Made by a program: the position numbers and the translations under genes
The notes under the pieces: generated by a model
Told to the model about the DNA's origin: nothing
The model's input: the letters and a program-made list of their open reading frames with translations, nothing else
Databases searched by the model: none
Shown: positions 28,852-37,894 of the stretch, in pieces
How the letters are laid out: each line of letters starts with the position of its first letter
Numbering within the stretch: the first letter of the stretch is position 1
Assembly (NCBI GenBank): GCA_027334165.1
Contig: DAHWXM010000015.1
Coordinates: 13,832 to 77,831, forward strand
DNA from: Candidatus Micrarchaeota archaeon
Lineage (GTDB): Archaea > Micrarchaeota > Micrarchaeia > Micrarchaeales > CABMGC01
Direction: 5' to 3'
DNA length: 64,000 nt

Positions 28852-30102
28852 TCAGGAGTCCTGCCGCGCATGCCAAAGCGCTCCAAGATCAAGGTTGTCC
28901 GCCTTTGTTATTTCATTAACCAGTACAGTTGCGTAGGACCCTGAAGGTATGGAAAACGCGAGCTTTATGGTGCCTTCCCCCACTGTGCCTGCTGAAAGTC
29001 CCTTCACCGGGGCGAGCATAGCCCTGTACGCACCGCGCATGCTCAACTCCGGCATGCCTTTTATCCTGAAACTGTCCCTGGTTATGCCTATTCGTTCCAT
29101 TGCCGCTGCCGACCTCTCGTCTACGTGCTCTTCCTTCGTCTCATATCCGATTAGCGCGGCTGCGGGGTGCGGTGTCTTCTCAGCGGTAACACTTTCCCCC
29201 TCCGGAAATCCAAGCCTTCCTTCCCTGCAGTATAACACCGATTCGAAGTCGCCGCTGCCGATGCGCTGCTCAAGCGACATGTTGAACACCAGAGACTCTA
29301 CTGCGTGTATGAACATTATCGATATGCCGCGCGGCAGCACGCGTATCGCATTGGCATAATTTCCATATCTGGCCAGGTTTTCCAGCATGGATCTCTCGGG
29401 CTTCAAATACCTTGGAAAGTATTCCAACGCCGCGCGGAAATCTCTCTCTTCGCGCAGTCTGTCTCTTGCAGCAGTTGCCTCCGCGTTCCTCTCCCCTGTG
29501 GTATCGGTGAGTATGCGCATGGCTGCGCCCTCAAAGTCTCCGCGCATTATGTCCAGGCCTACTGCCGCGTTTCCCAATCTGTCTCCGAATCTCTGCCTGT
29601 CAAAGTAGTTCGGCATCCGTCCGTGAAGCTCGTCTATCGTGGCCATCGCATCACCCACGTCTCCGGCCTCTCGCACCACTATCTCGAAAGAGTTGCCCTC
29701 GTTGCTTCCCAATTCAACTCCGTTGCTCTTCCATGCGCCGTTTATCTTGATGTCTTTTATCCTGACCCTGGCTACCCGCTCCGGCCCAACACCGTATATG
29801 CTAGCCAGCTGCACTGTAATCGCCCTACGGTCCTTCGTCCCGGCGTAGGAGACGGCCTTTTTCCCTCTCCCAAGCCTCTTTGCAACCGATATGACCGCCT
29901 GGACGGTGTTCCAATTCTCCTTCTGCAGGACGAATGTCGTGAATTTCCCTACAACGTCCTCGGAATCTCCCGCGGAAATCGCAGTGTACTGCACGTCCGG
30001 CGAGAGAGACACTCCCCCACCAGTTATTTCCTTTACAATGAAGTCTGCCGGTTCGGATTTGATGACACCTCCGGTGCCCCTCGATTTCGTAAGTGTCAAC
30101 AT
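28852..30102 (-). CDS. truD: tRNA pseudouridine synthase TruD/Pus7
   Basis: GTGGVIKSEPADFIVKEI, AGTKDRRAITVQ (catalytic Asp motif) and the C-terminal FSIPSGSYATVLVNEI. Confidence 0.9.
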   Translation of the reverse strand: MLTLTKSRGTGGVIKSEPADFIVKEITGGGVSLSPDVQYTAISAGDSEDVVGKFTTFVLQKENWNTVQAVISVAKRLGRGKKAVSYAGTKDRRAITVQLASIYGVGPERVARVRIKDIKINGAWKSNGVELGSNEGNSFEIVVREAGDVGDAMATIDELHGRMPNYFDRQRFGDRLGNAAVGLDIMRGDFEGAAMRILTDTTGERNAEATAARDRLREERDFRAALEYFPRYLKPERSMLENLARYGNYANAIRVLPRGISIMFIHAVESLVFNMSLEQRIGSGDFESVLYCREGRLGFPEGESVTAEKTPHPAAALIGYETKEEHVDERSAAAMERIGITRDSFRIKGMPELSMRGAYRAMLAPVKGLSAGTVGEGTIKLAFSIPSGSYATVLVNEITKADNLDLGALWHARQDS

Positions 30103-30204
30103 CTCAAGACCTACTGTTTTATTACTCTTGTTTTACTATATATACATATTCTGCCTCGCGTTGCGCGGCGGACCTTAGTGGTACTATTGACTGACGAATC
30201 TTTC

Positions 30205-31008
30205 ATGGATAAATTGCTCTACAGGCTAGTTAAGAAGCACGTCTCTGGAACCACCATGAATTCGGCGCTGAAGAGAGCAAAGGAGCTTAACCGCAAGGAC
30301 TCCCACGCGTCTATAACTTTCCTTAGCAATGCCACCGATTCAAAGTCGAAAGCACGGTACATCGCATCGACATACCAAGAACTGGCAAGGCAGATAGCGC
30401 GTTTAGGGATAAAGGCGAGCATACAGGTGCCCTCGGCGCAGTTGTGCATCAATAGGGAATCCAACGAGCCAGGAGAGAACCTTCGCGATGTAATAAGCAC
30501 TGCAAACAAGTACGGCGTATTCGTGTGGATCGAAATACCCGACGGAAATGCCGAGTATCTCAATGCGGTATCAGGGATGAGGGGCTGCGGAGTTGCAATT
30601 CCTGCTTCAGACATATCCACATGCCTGAAAGGCTGCAAGAACGTCAAGGCAGTCAAGATAATCTTCAATGAGGCCGAATCATCGGCAAAAGTTCGTGACA
30701 GAGACATCGCATCCTTAAGGACCCTATCGAAGCGCATAAGCAACATAGTACTTCTGGCCCCTCCAGAATCCCTGGTCAGCAAGTCCCTATCTGACTCCGA
30801 CATGAGGAAGTCCATAATATTCGAGTTTCGGTTAGGCCAGAAGAGCAGGAGCATAAAGAGAATAGTGAAGCGTAAGGCAAGACTGAGCACGTACCTTCCC
30901 TTCGGGAAGGATTGGCACGCTTACGCTATGAACAACGTTCCTGAGGGCTATGTGCGGTTCATAACCGGCAAGCTCCTTGGAACGGAAGGGGGCGATGCGG
31001 ATGCCTGA
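30205..31008 (+). CDS. Proline dehydrogenase-fold (PutA PRODH-like) protein, apparently degenerate
   Basis: LVKKHVSGTTMNSALKRAKELNRKDSHASITFL, FVWIEIPD and the C-terminal STYLPFGKDWHAYAMNNVPEGYVRFI parallel monofunctional PRODH (compare [18 protein letters not shown]). The first 900 nt of the 29305..31008 ORF are antisense to truD and are discarded. Confidence 0.55.
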   Translation: MDKLLYRLVKKHVSGTTMNSALKRAKELNRKDSHASITFLSNATDSKSKARYIASTYQELARQIARLGIKASIQVPSAQLCINRESNEPGENLRDVISTANKYGVFVWIEIPDGNAEYLNAVSGMRGCGVAIPASDISTCLKGCKNVKAVKIIFNEAESSAKVRDRDIASLRTLSKRISNIVLLAPPESLVSKSLSDSDMRKSIIFEFRLGQKSRSIKRIVKRKARLSTYLPFGKDWHAYAMNNVPEGYVRFITGKLLGTEGGDADA

Positions 31009-31984
31009 TTCCAAGACCGTGATATTCGTAACAGGTGCCGATGGAAGGCTTGGCAGGCCTTTGACAGCGGAACTGCTATCGCGCGGATACGCGGTGAGGG
31101 CGCTCGTGAAGGACAAGGCACACGCGCTTAACCTTCCCGCAGGCACCGTTCCTTATCTGGGAGACGTAAGCGATTCCACAGTGCTCAATGACGGCTGCAA
31201 GGGCGCGTCAGCTGTAGTGCACCTCGCAGCTATAGTCTCAGAATCGTCTACGCTTGCCGCCCACGTGATGCACACCAACGTCTACGGGACAAGGAATGTG
31301 ATCGAAGCCTCCAAAAGCAACGGGGTGAAGAGATTCGTCTTCGCGAGCAGCGTAGATGTATACGGGCGCGTGCGGCCCGAGCGGCTCACAGAGGACGCAT
31401 CCCTGAAGCCAACTGATGTATATGGCAGGAGTAAGGCTCTTGCAGAACAGGAGATAATTAGCAATCACGGAGACGTCGATTACACCATATTAAGAATGGC
31501 CGCAATATACGGACATGGATTTGAGAAATCATACTTCAAGCTGCTGAAGCTCATAAGGGATGGGAAGGCCTACATCATAGGCAGAGGGACAAACAAGCTC
31601 GCGCTGGTGCACGTCACCGACGTAGTCAACGCGTACGTGACCGCCATTGAGCGCGGAACCGGAAGCTCAATATTCAACCTGTCCGACGGCGAAATCCACA
31701 CGCAGAAGGACCTCTTCGATCTCGCCGCTATACTTCTGAAGGTCCCCCCTCCATCTAAACATGCCAGTCCCGTCCTAGTGCGGCTCATGGCCCGTGCCAG
31801 AAATCTGGACAGCGACGAGCTAAGGTTTATAACGAGCGACAGGACAATAGACATCACGCGGCTGCGCAAGACCCTGGGTTTCACGCCTTTGATAGGAATA
31901 AATGAGGGCATGGGCCGCATGGTAGAGATGTTTCTCGAAAGAACCGGCTTCGCCCGCGAGAACAATGTTCAAAATGGCAAGTGA
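31001..31984 (+). CDS. NAD-dependent epimerase/dehydratase (extended SDR)
   Basis: VIFVTGADGRLGRPL (GxxGxxG), YGRSK (YxxxK) and VFASSVDVYG. The start ATG overlaps the upstream stop (ATGCCTGA). Confidence 0.85.
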   Translation: MPDSKTVIFVTGADGRLGRPLTAELLSRGYAVRALVKDKAHALNLPAGTVPYLGDVSDSTVLNDGCKGASAVVHLAAIVSESSTLAAHVMHTNVYGTRNVIEASKSNGVKRFVFASSVDVYGRVRPERLTEDASLKPTDVYGRSKALAEQEIISNHGDVDYTILRMAAIYGHGFEKSYFKLLKLIRDGKAYIIGRGTNKLALVHVTDVVNAYVTAIERGTGSSIFNLSDGEIHTQKDLFDLAAILLKVPPPSKHASPVLVRLMARARNLDSDELRFITSDRTIDITRLRKTLGFTPLIGINEGMGRMVEMFLERTGFARENNVQNGK

Positions 31985-32780
31985 TATCATGGCTGCAAAG
32001 ATAGGACGTGTAGAACGGTACATAAACGAACGCCTCGATGAACGCGGCGCCCTGCTCTTCATGCTCATAGACCCTGTCGACTACAAGACCCCAGAGCTGG
32101 CGATCAAGACGGGCCTCGAAGCCATAAACGGCGGCGCGGACGCGCTCCTTGTAGGCGGCAGCATAGGTGCGCAGGGGGAACTGCTGGATCTTGTGACCAA
32201 AGGGATACGAGACGGGGCCGGAGGCACCCCAGTCATACTATTTCCTGGAAACATAGCCACACTGACCCGCCATGCCGATGCCGTGTACTTTATGAGTTTG
32301 CTTAATGCAAGGAACCCGTATTGGATAACCCAAGCACAGATGCTCTCCGCACCAGTGATAAAGCAGATTGGCATAGAGCCGCTCTCCGTGGGATACATAG
32401 TTGTGTCTCCGGGAGGCACCGTTGGTTGGGTCGGGGACGCCAATCTGGTACCGAGGCAAAAGCCTGGCATAGCAGCGTCACTCGCGTTAGCCGGCCAATA
32501 TCTGGGCAACAGGATAATAATAACGGACGCCGGCTCTAATCCGCAGCTCCAGAACTCTGGTCCGGTGCCGCCAGAGATGATTCGGGCAGTGAAGGGAATA
32601 ATTGATGTGCCATACATAGTTGCGGGAGGCATACGCGACAAGGACTTGCTGGAAAGCACTCTTCGTGCCGGTGCAGACGGCGTGCAGATTGGGACGGCCA
32701 TCGAATCAACCGCCAGTGCAAAAAAGCAGACGGAGCTGTTCGCAGGGATTGTCAGGCAGGAGGGCAGGAAGCGGCTCTGA
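31965..32780 (+). CDS. Geranylgeranylglyceryl phosphate synthase (PcrB/GGGPS family)
   Basis: LFMLIDPVDY, ADALLVGGS, IITDAGSNP, VAGGIRD. TIM-barrel GGGPS pattern. The start may be the Met at 31989. Confidence 0.85.
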   Translation: MFKMASDIMAAKIGRVERYINERLDERGALLFMLIDPVDYKTPELAIKTGLEAINGGADALLVGGSIGAQGELLDLVTKGIRDGAGGTPVILFPGNIATLTRHADAVYFMSLLNARNPYWITQAQMLSAPVIKQIGIEPLSVGYIVVSPGGTVGWVGDANLVPRQKPGIAASLALAGQYLGNRIIITDAGSNPQLQNSGPVPPEMIRAVKGIIDVPYIVAGGIRDKDLLESTLRAGADGVQIGTAIESTASAKKQTELFAGIVRQEGRKRL

Positions 32781-33907
32781 ACGGTGATTCGCTGCACGAG
32801 ATAAATTCGGCAGAGGTCCGTCTGCTGGTAGAAGAGCTTTCCGACAGAATAACTGGCAGCTTCCTGCGCAAGTTCTATGAGGTTGGCGACGGCGCCTTCA
32901 GATTTTCATTCTACAAGGAAGGCAAGAGCATCAGCGTGTACTGCAGACTGCTGGAATCGTTCAATGAAACGGCATTCATCGAGGTCGCTGGAAATCCCAC
33001 CCCATTTGCGATGGGGATGCGGAAGAGGATAGAGGGGGGCCGTGTTATTCGGATGTCTCAGCATGGCAGTGACAGGATAATAGACATGGCGCTAGAATCC
33101 CACGGAATAAAGCACACGCTCATAATAGAGATGTTTGGAAAGGGCAACCTCGTCCTTATAGACGAAAACGGCGTTGTAGAGCAGTGCTACAGGATAATCT
33201 CTTTCAAGAACAGATCCGTTCAGCCGCGAGCAAGGTACTCCTATCCGGAAAACCCTGCGGAGGGCATATGGTCGATTGGGGAACCTGCGCTTGCAAAGAT
33301 CACCAAAAGCATACTCGGGGATGCGAAACCCATGGCCGCCCTTTCGCGCAGCATCAGCGCCGGCCCTTTGTATCTGGAAGACGCATTCATCCGTGCAGGC
33401 CTGAATCCAAGGGATGCCATTGAAAACGAGACTCAATCCATGGCCCTCGCCGCCGCCCTTGCTCAGGTTGCTACGGGATTAGGTTCACCAAGCCCGCGCA
33501 TATACTCGATGGAAGGCAAACCCATAGACTATTCTGCAACTCCCATAAAGAAGTACGAGGACTCAGCCGCAGTGCACACCGGCTTCGGTTCCATGTCTGC
33601 AATGTTCGATGAACTCGTTTCGGAAGGTCGCACCACCGCTGAGGATGCCGGACTTGAGAAGAAGAAGGCCGAGCTTGAAGCAAGCATAGCTAAGCAGGAG
33701 GAACTATCGAAGCAGATGAAGGCCGACGCGGAATCGTACAGGTCCGCAGCAAATCTCATATTCGCGAACATGTCCGGCATAAATGCCATGATAGACTACC
33801 TGCGCCAGAACCGCCACGCGACGCTCGACGATGTGCGCGAGAGGTTTCCGCAACTAAACGCAAAAAGCGTAGACCTAAAGAATAAGCGTGTAACAATAGA
33901 TCTGTGA
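32777..33907 (+). CDS. NFACT-N domain protein (RqcH/NEMF/FbpA-like), short form; start codon uncertain
   Basis: PTPFAMGMRKRIEGGRVIRMSQHGSDRIIDMALE...LIIEMFGKGNLVLIDENG matches the NFACT-N pattern, followed by a coiled coil (EKKKAELEASIAKQEELSKQMKADAESY). Homology (LHEINSAEVRLLVEELSDRITGSFLRKFY) begins about 150 nt upstream of the first ATG/GTG/TTG (32936). Confidence 0.65.
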   Translation: MNGDSLHEINSAEVRLLVEELSDRITGSFLRKFYEVGDGAFRFSFYKEGKSISVYCRLLESFNETAFIEVAGNPTPFAMGMRKRIEGGRVIRMSQHGSDRIIDMALESHGIKHTLIIEMFGKGNLVLIDENGVVEQCYRIISFKNRSVQPRARYSYPENPAEGIWSIGEPALAKITKSILGDAKPMAALSRSISAGPLYLEDAFIRAGLNPRDAIENETQSMALAAALAQVATGLGSPSPRIYSMEGKPIDYSATPIKKYEDSAAVHTGFGSMSAMFDELVSEGRTTAEDAGLEKKKAELEASIAKQEELSKQMKADAESYRSAANLIFANMSGINAMIDYLRQNRHATLDDVRERFPQLNAKSVDLKNKRVTIDL

Positions 33908-34803
33908 GTGCAATGATACGCGTAACCGTCTTAGGAACATCGGGCGCATCGCCAACAAAGACCCGCAGCCTCACAAGCGTTGCCCTTTCATATGACGGAA
34001 ACATATTCCTGTTCGATTGCGGCGAGGGGACGCAAATGCAGGTTCTGAAGTACGGCGTCAACTATTCAAGGATAAAAGCGATATTCATAAGCCACATCCA
34101 CGGTGACCACGTGATAGGCATAGCCGGCCTCGTGCGCACTATGGCCCTCAATGGAAGAAAGAATCCTCTGTACGTCTTCGTCCCGCGAGGCGAGGAGAAG
34201 GTCATAAGCACACTGGTGCATTTCGACAAGGCGGTGATAACGTTTGACATCGTGATAAATGGCATAGGTGCGGGTGTGCAGTACAGGGGCAAGGATTTTA
34301 CGGTGTCATCCTTCCGTCTGTCGCACACCGTGCCATCGCTCGGGTACGCATTCAAAGTGAACGACCGGCGCAGGTTCAACGAGACAAAGTGCAAGAAGTT
34401 GGGATTAGAAGGTGAGATGTTCTCAATCCTGCAAAAGAAGGGGAGCATGCGCCTCGGCAGGAAGACCGTGCGCATCGAGAGCGTTACCACAGTAAAACCC
34501 GGCGAGAAAATCGTGTACGCCTCAGACACGCGGCCATGCGCCAGCACCGTGTCTGCGGCAAAAGGTGCCAATCTGCTAATACACGAAGCGACTTACGCAG
34601 ATACAGAGTCCAAGCTGGCAAGGGAGCGCGGTCATTCCACCGCAAAGGCCGCGGCCGATATAGCAAAGAGGGCAAAGGTCGGAAAACTCGTGCTTATACA
34701 CATGAGTGCGCGGTACCGCGACAGCGCACCCATAGAAGCCGAAGCGCGTTCCGTATTCAAGGACACGATAGTCGCGCAGGACGGAGAAGATATATTTATT
34801 TAG
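33904..34803 (+). CDS. rnz: Ribonuclease Z (tRNA 3' endonuclease, metallo-beta-lactamase)
   Basis: VTVLGTSGASPTKTRSLTSVAL, LFDCGEGTQ and ISHIHGDH (HxHxDH). The likely start is the ATG at 33913. Confidence 0.9.
   Translation: MSAMIRVTVLGTSGASPTKTRSLTSVALSYDGNIFLFDCGEGTQMQVLKYGVNYSRIKAIFISHIHGDHVIGIAGLVRTMALNGRKNPLYVFVPRGEEKVISTLVHFDKAVITFDIVINGIGAGVQYRGKDFTVSSFRLSHTVPSLGYAFKVNDRRRFNETKCKKLGLEGEMFSILQKKGSMRLGRKTVRIESVTTVKPGEKIVYASDTRPCASTVSAAKGANLLIHEATYADTESKLARERGHSTAKAAADIAKRAKVGKLVLIHMSARYRDSAPIEAEARSVFKDTIVAQDGEDIFI
34795..34802 (+). promoter_or_regulatory. TATA-like box (TTTATTTA) for tRNA-Val
   Basis: AT-rich box centred about 27 nt upstream of the tRNA 5' end at 34827. Confidence 0.45.
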
Positions 34804-34826
34804 ATTAAGCACGTATTCCTTCTTGC

Positions 34827-34897
34827 GGAGGTATAGTCTAATGGTAGGACGGCAGATTGACATTCTGCAAGCCTGGGTTCGATTCCCTGTACCTCCA
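34827..34897 (+). tRNA. tRNA-Val (anticodon GAC)
   Basis: Hand-folded cloverleaf. Acceptor GGAGGTA/TACCTCC. D arm GTCT-AATGGTA-GGAC. Anticodon arm GCAGA-TTGACAT-TCTGC. T arm CTGGG-TTCGATT-CCCTG with one U-U mismatch. Discriminator A, no encoded CCA. Confidence 0.8.
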
Positions 34898-35061
34898 TGC
34901 CATCATCTTATTTCACGCAAGCATATGCAACTGCGTAATTCAATTTCTGTATTAGCAATGTGCCTCTTATCCTGTGAAATCAGGTCTGTGTCTATCTCGC
35001 GCCGCTCTGGCATGGGAACTTCTACAGCATTCAATTTCCCGCGGGACTCGTGTTGTGAAGG

Positions 35062-35724
35062 TCACAATGCGCCAAGCGCCAGTGCCCCGCCAATTATCAA
35101 TGCGACTATGAACACTATTATTCCCATACCAACAGAAATCCCTACCACCGCCCACTTGCTTATTTTCTGCAGGTTGGACAAGGCAAAGATGTACACCACG
35201 AGGCTCCATATGCCAATCACGATGTTTGCTACGGTTCCAAGCAGTGGTATCACAAAAAGCCAGAAGAACAGCACCGCCGGAGCGGTCTGGTAGACTGTCG
35301 CAGTGAGCGTGTGCGCGTAATCTTCCTTAAATTTCCTGAATACGTACTTGCCAAAAAAATGCAGCAATCCTGCCCCAACGAGCAAGCCAACCGGTATTAG
35401 CACTATAAAATAGAGCAGCACGATGCCAGCGGCACCAAGCGCAGCAGCGTATCCCAAACCTGACAGTTGTGCCGCAGGGCTTCCCAAAACCGAAGGAAGC
35501 GTTATCACAGCACCTCCCACTATCGCAGCGAGTATTATAGTTATTATCAACGGCACCACGGATAGTTTGTAGTACCACACTACGGCCTCCCTAATCCCTT
35601 TCGAAGCCGCAGTCGCCTTCTCAGGATGCAACATTATACCTATTGTCTGCTTCGCCTGATCGATTCCAATCATTCTAACCCCGCTTATAATTGTGGCAAA
35701 CCCTTTAAAACGGTATCGCTCCAT
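35062..35724 (-). CDS. Yip1-domain-like multi-pass membrane protein
   Basis: Five hydrophobic helices, e.g. VVPLIITIILAAIVGGAVITL and APAVLFFWLFVIPLLGTVANIVIGIWSLVVYIF. The family call is tentative and the start is uncertain (35724 or 35673). Confidence 0.5.
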   Translation of the reverse strand: MERYRFKGFATIISGVRMIGIDQAKQTIGIMLHPEKATAASKGIREAVVWYYKLSVVPLIITIILAAIVGGAVITLPSVLGSPAAQLSGLGYAAALGAAGIVLLYFIVLIPVGLLVGAGLLHFFGKYVFRKFKEDYAHTLTATVYQTAPAVLFFWLFVIPLLGTVANIVIGIWSLVVYIFALSNLQKISKWAVVGISVGMGIIVFIVALIIGGALALGAL

Positions 35725-35726
35725 TC

Positions 35727-36989
35727 GTGCAAGTGCCCATCGAGCAAAGCTTAAATGCTTTGAGCACAATACAAAGCGTGCAGCATTATCCTGTGCGATG
35801 TGATCACTTGAGCGAATGGCTTAACCGAAACGTGCTGCTTCTATCCTTCTCTGCGTTCTTCGCCGACTTGGGCTATCAGGCAGCCATAGCCATATTTCCG
35901 ATATTCCTTGTGGTGGTGCTAAAGGCCCCCTCCTACGAATACGGCCTTGCAAGCGCCGCCGCATTCGGAGTCGGCGCGTTTTTTGGATACTTGGGCGGGC
36001 TTGCGGGAGACAAGTTTGGGAACAAATGGGTCGCTGTTGCCGGCAACCTGCTTATACCTCTCATCTCACTGGTCGGTCTGGCTGCTGGTCCTATAACTGC
36101 CATAGCGCTATTCTCCGGCGGCTGGTGGGCTAGAAACTTTCGTTCTCCACCACGGAGGGTCATGCTGGTCAATTCATCCTCCGTCGAGCACCGTGGAAAG
36201 GTCTTCGGGTTCCTGCACCTGCTGGACATCGGCGGTGGCTTCGTATCGGTGGTGTTACTGCTCGCACTCTTCATCAACGGCGTCACGTTACAGAAGATAC
36301 TCCTGCTCACGTCTATACCCTTACTGATATCAACCGCTCTCCTAATCGTAAGCAAGGATGGCAAGCCGAAACCTTCCAAGCCATCGGCATCAGAACTTGG
36401 GGCAAAGCGCGGCAAGAGGATAAACAGCGACGCGTACAGGGGAATAATACTGGCGACGGCGCTTTACGGATTCAGCAGCTACAGCCTCGGATTTCCCATA
36501 CTTACGATAGAGCAGAAGGCGGGAAGTTTCCTGGGGATGGCCTCTTACGGGGTGTATCTTCTCGTCTCGGCTCTCACCGGATACTACATCGGATCGAAGA
36601 GGTTGAATCGCATAAAGGCGCTCGGAACAATAGGATATCTGCTTTCGGGGCTCGGCACAATATTCATAGGTCTGGCGTACCTGTTCCGCCTTGGGTATCC
36701 CGCACTATACCTGGGCGTCGGAACCCTCGGATTCTCGCTAGGAGTTATAGAGACGTTGGAACCCACCCTGATATCTTTGATGAAGAGTGCAAAGCACGTG
36801 GGCAGAGGCATGGGATCCCTAACCGCATCCAGGAGCATCGGCATATTCTCAGCAAATCTTATAATGGGTCTGCTGTACGTCATGGATCCTGTTTACTCAT
36901 ACACGTACGCCGGCCTTGTCGCGATAATCGCCGCGGCAGTGGTCCTCTATTACGGTAGAGAATTCATGAAAAATGACCGACCGTTTTAA
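35727..36989 (+). CDS. MFS transporter
   Basis: About 12 TM segments, starting with LLLSFSAFFADLGYQAAIAIFPIFLV. The likely true start is the TTG at 35808 (MSEWLNRNV...). Confidence 0.7.
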   Translation: MQVPIEQSLNALSTIQSVQHYPVRCDHLSEWLNRNVLLLSFSAFFADLGYQAAIAIFPIFLVVVLKAPSYEYGLASAAAFGVGAFFGYLGGLAGDKFGNKWVAVAGNLLIPLISLVGLAAGPITAIALFSGGWWARNFRSPPRRVMLVNSSSVEHRGKVFGFLHLLDIGGGFVSVVLLLALFINGVTLQKILLLTSIPLLISTALLIVSKDGKPKPSKPSASELGAKRGKRINSDAYRGIILATALYGFSSYSLGFPILTIEQKAGSFLGMASYGVYLLVSALTGYYIGSKRLNRIKALGTIGYLLSGLGTIFIGLAYLFRLGYPALYLGVGTLGFSLGVIETLEPTLISLMKSAKHVGRGMGSLTASRSIGIFSANLIMGLLYVMDPVYSYTYAGLVAIIAAAVVLYYGREFMKNDRPF

Positions 36990-37025
36990 AAATCGCTAAG
37001 GCCAATTGAGTTGCGTTGTGATAAT

Positions 37026-37829
37026 ATGGCAGTAAAAAAGAAGCTCAGCCCGTTCGGCATAGATGGCATGCGTGCGTTCAGGAAGTTCTTTGCGTATTCC
37101 GTGTCCGCATACGCGATAATGCTGGTGCTTGTGCTGGCTTCCATAGCGCTCTCCATAGGGTCATACTCGTATCCCTCCGCAACCTCATCGATATTCGCGC
37201 TTATGGGAGGTGGCGCAGCACTCTCCATGGCGCTTGCAGTCATTATCGCGGTGCTCATCGGCCTTTCGGTGTACGCGGTCATATCCCTCATGCTTGGGAT
37301 AAGGGACGTGCGGCGCAGTGGCCTTGCAGGCTTCAAGCTATACGCATCGGTATCAAAGTGGCTTAAGGCCTCCACTGTTACATACGCGCTTCTCTTCGTG
37401 GCATTCGGGTACACAAGCATACTATCCGCAATAAATGCCATCCAGGGCGCGTATCTCGGAGGCTCGGTCCAGAACGGCATGCTATCCGCTATCGAGTTCG
37501 TGCTCTGGATAGCCCTTCTCGCGATAGACGTGGTTTTTGCATTCGAAATGTCAAGGGTATTCAAGGGCATGTCCAAAGACCTTGCGCAGACAAGACTCAG
37601 CATTTCCGGAAACACGCTTTTGCTTGGAATTTCTGTCCTTGTCGCATCCTCTCTGATAAGTACTGTGTACGGGTTCTTGCTGCCCCCAAGTGCACTCCAG
37701 GCATACGCAGCCTCAATACCGCAGCCGGTGTCTCTTGCCCTGCTGATTGTCGATGCCATCGGCATTGCCGTCCTTGCCGCATCTTCGTGGTTTGGATATC
37801 GCGGCGCGTCTGCATCCCTTGGCGTATGA
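37026..37829 (+). CDS. Multi-pass membrane protein, unknown function
   Basis: 6-7 hydrophobic helices (YAIMLVLVLASIALSIG, ALSMALAVIIAVLIGLSVYAVISLML, ...). Preferred over the 304-aa antisense ORF, which has a non-protein-like composition. Confidence 0.55.
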   Translation: MAVKKKLSPFGIDGMRAFRKFFAYSVSAYAIMLVLVLASIALSIGSYSYPSATSSIFALMGGGAALSMALAVIIAVLIGLSVYAVISLMLGIRDVRRSGLAGFKLYASVSKWLKASTVTYALLFVAFGYTSILSAINAIQGAYLGGSVQNGMLSAIEFVLWIALLAIDVVFAFEMSRVFKGMSKDLAQTRLSISGNTLLLGISVLVASSLISTVYGFLLPPSALQAYAASIPQPVSLALLIVDAIGIAVLAASSWFGYRGASASLGV

Positions 37830-37894
37830 CTATCGCGCCGGTCCATAGTCAAGGCAAGCTTTAATAACGGGTCGCGAAAAGTAAGTGTGATTGC

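Noticed and set aside
28662-28944. Two ORFs (28662..28892 minus, 28699..28944 plus). Alternative RNA readings of the same GC-rich element were also tried: RNase P (GAAAGTCC-like string at 28801-28808), SRP RNA, or an intron-containing tRNA (GGGTTCAAAAT T-loop-like string, GCCGGGA/TCCCGGC acceptor-like helix).
   Set aside because: The ORF translations are not protein-like and overlap truD. RNase P would need about 200 more nt running antisense through truD. No GGAA/AGCA helix-8 SRP motif is present. No consistent cloverleaf could be built: the D and anticodon arms fit only with several large insertions. The 5S rRNA model on the minus strand explains length, terminal helix and conserved motifs better.
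29305-30204. N-terminal 300 aa of the 567-aa plus-strand ORF 29305..31008.
   Set aside because: It is entirely antisense to the well-supported truD gene and has an unnatural composition. The real gene starts at the ATG at 30205, after an AT-rich promoter region.
34823-35293. 156-aa plus-strand ORF.
   Set aside because: It starts inside tRNA-Val and runs antisense to the Yip1-like membrane protein gene.
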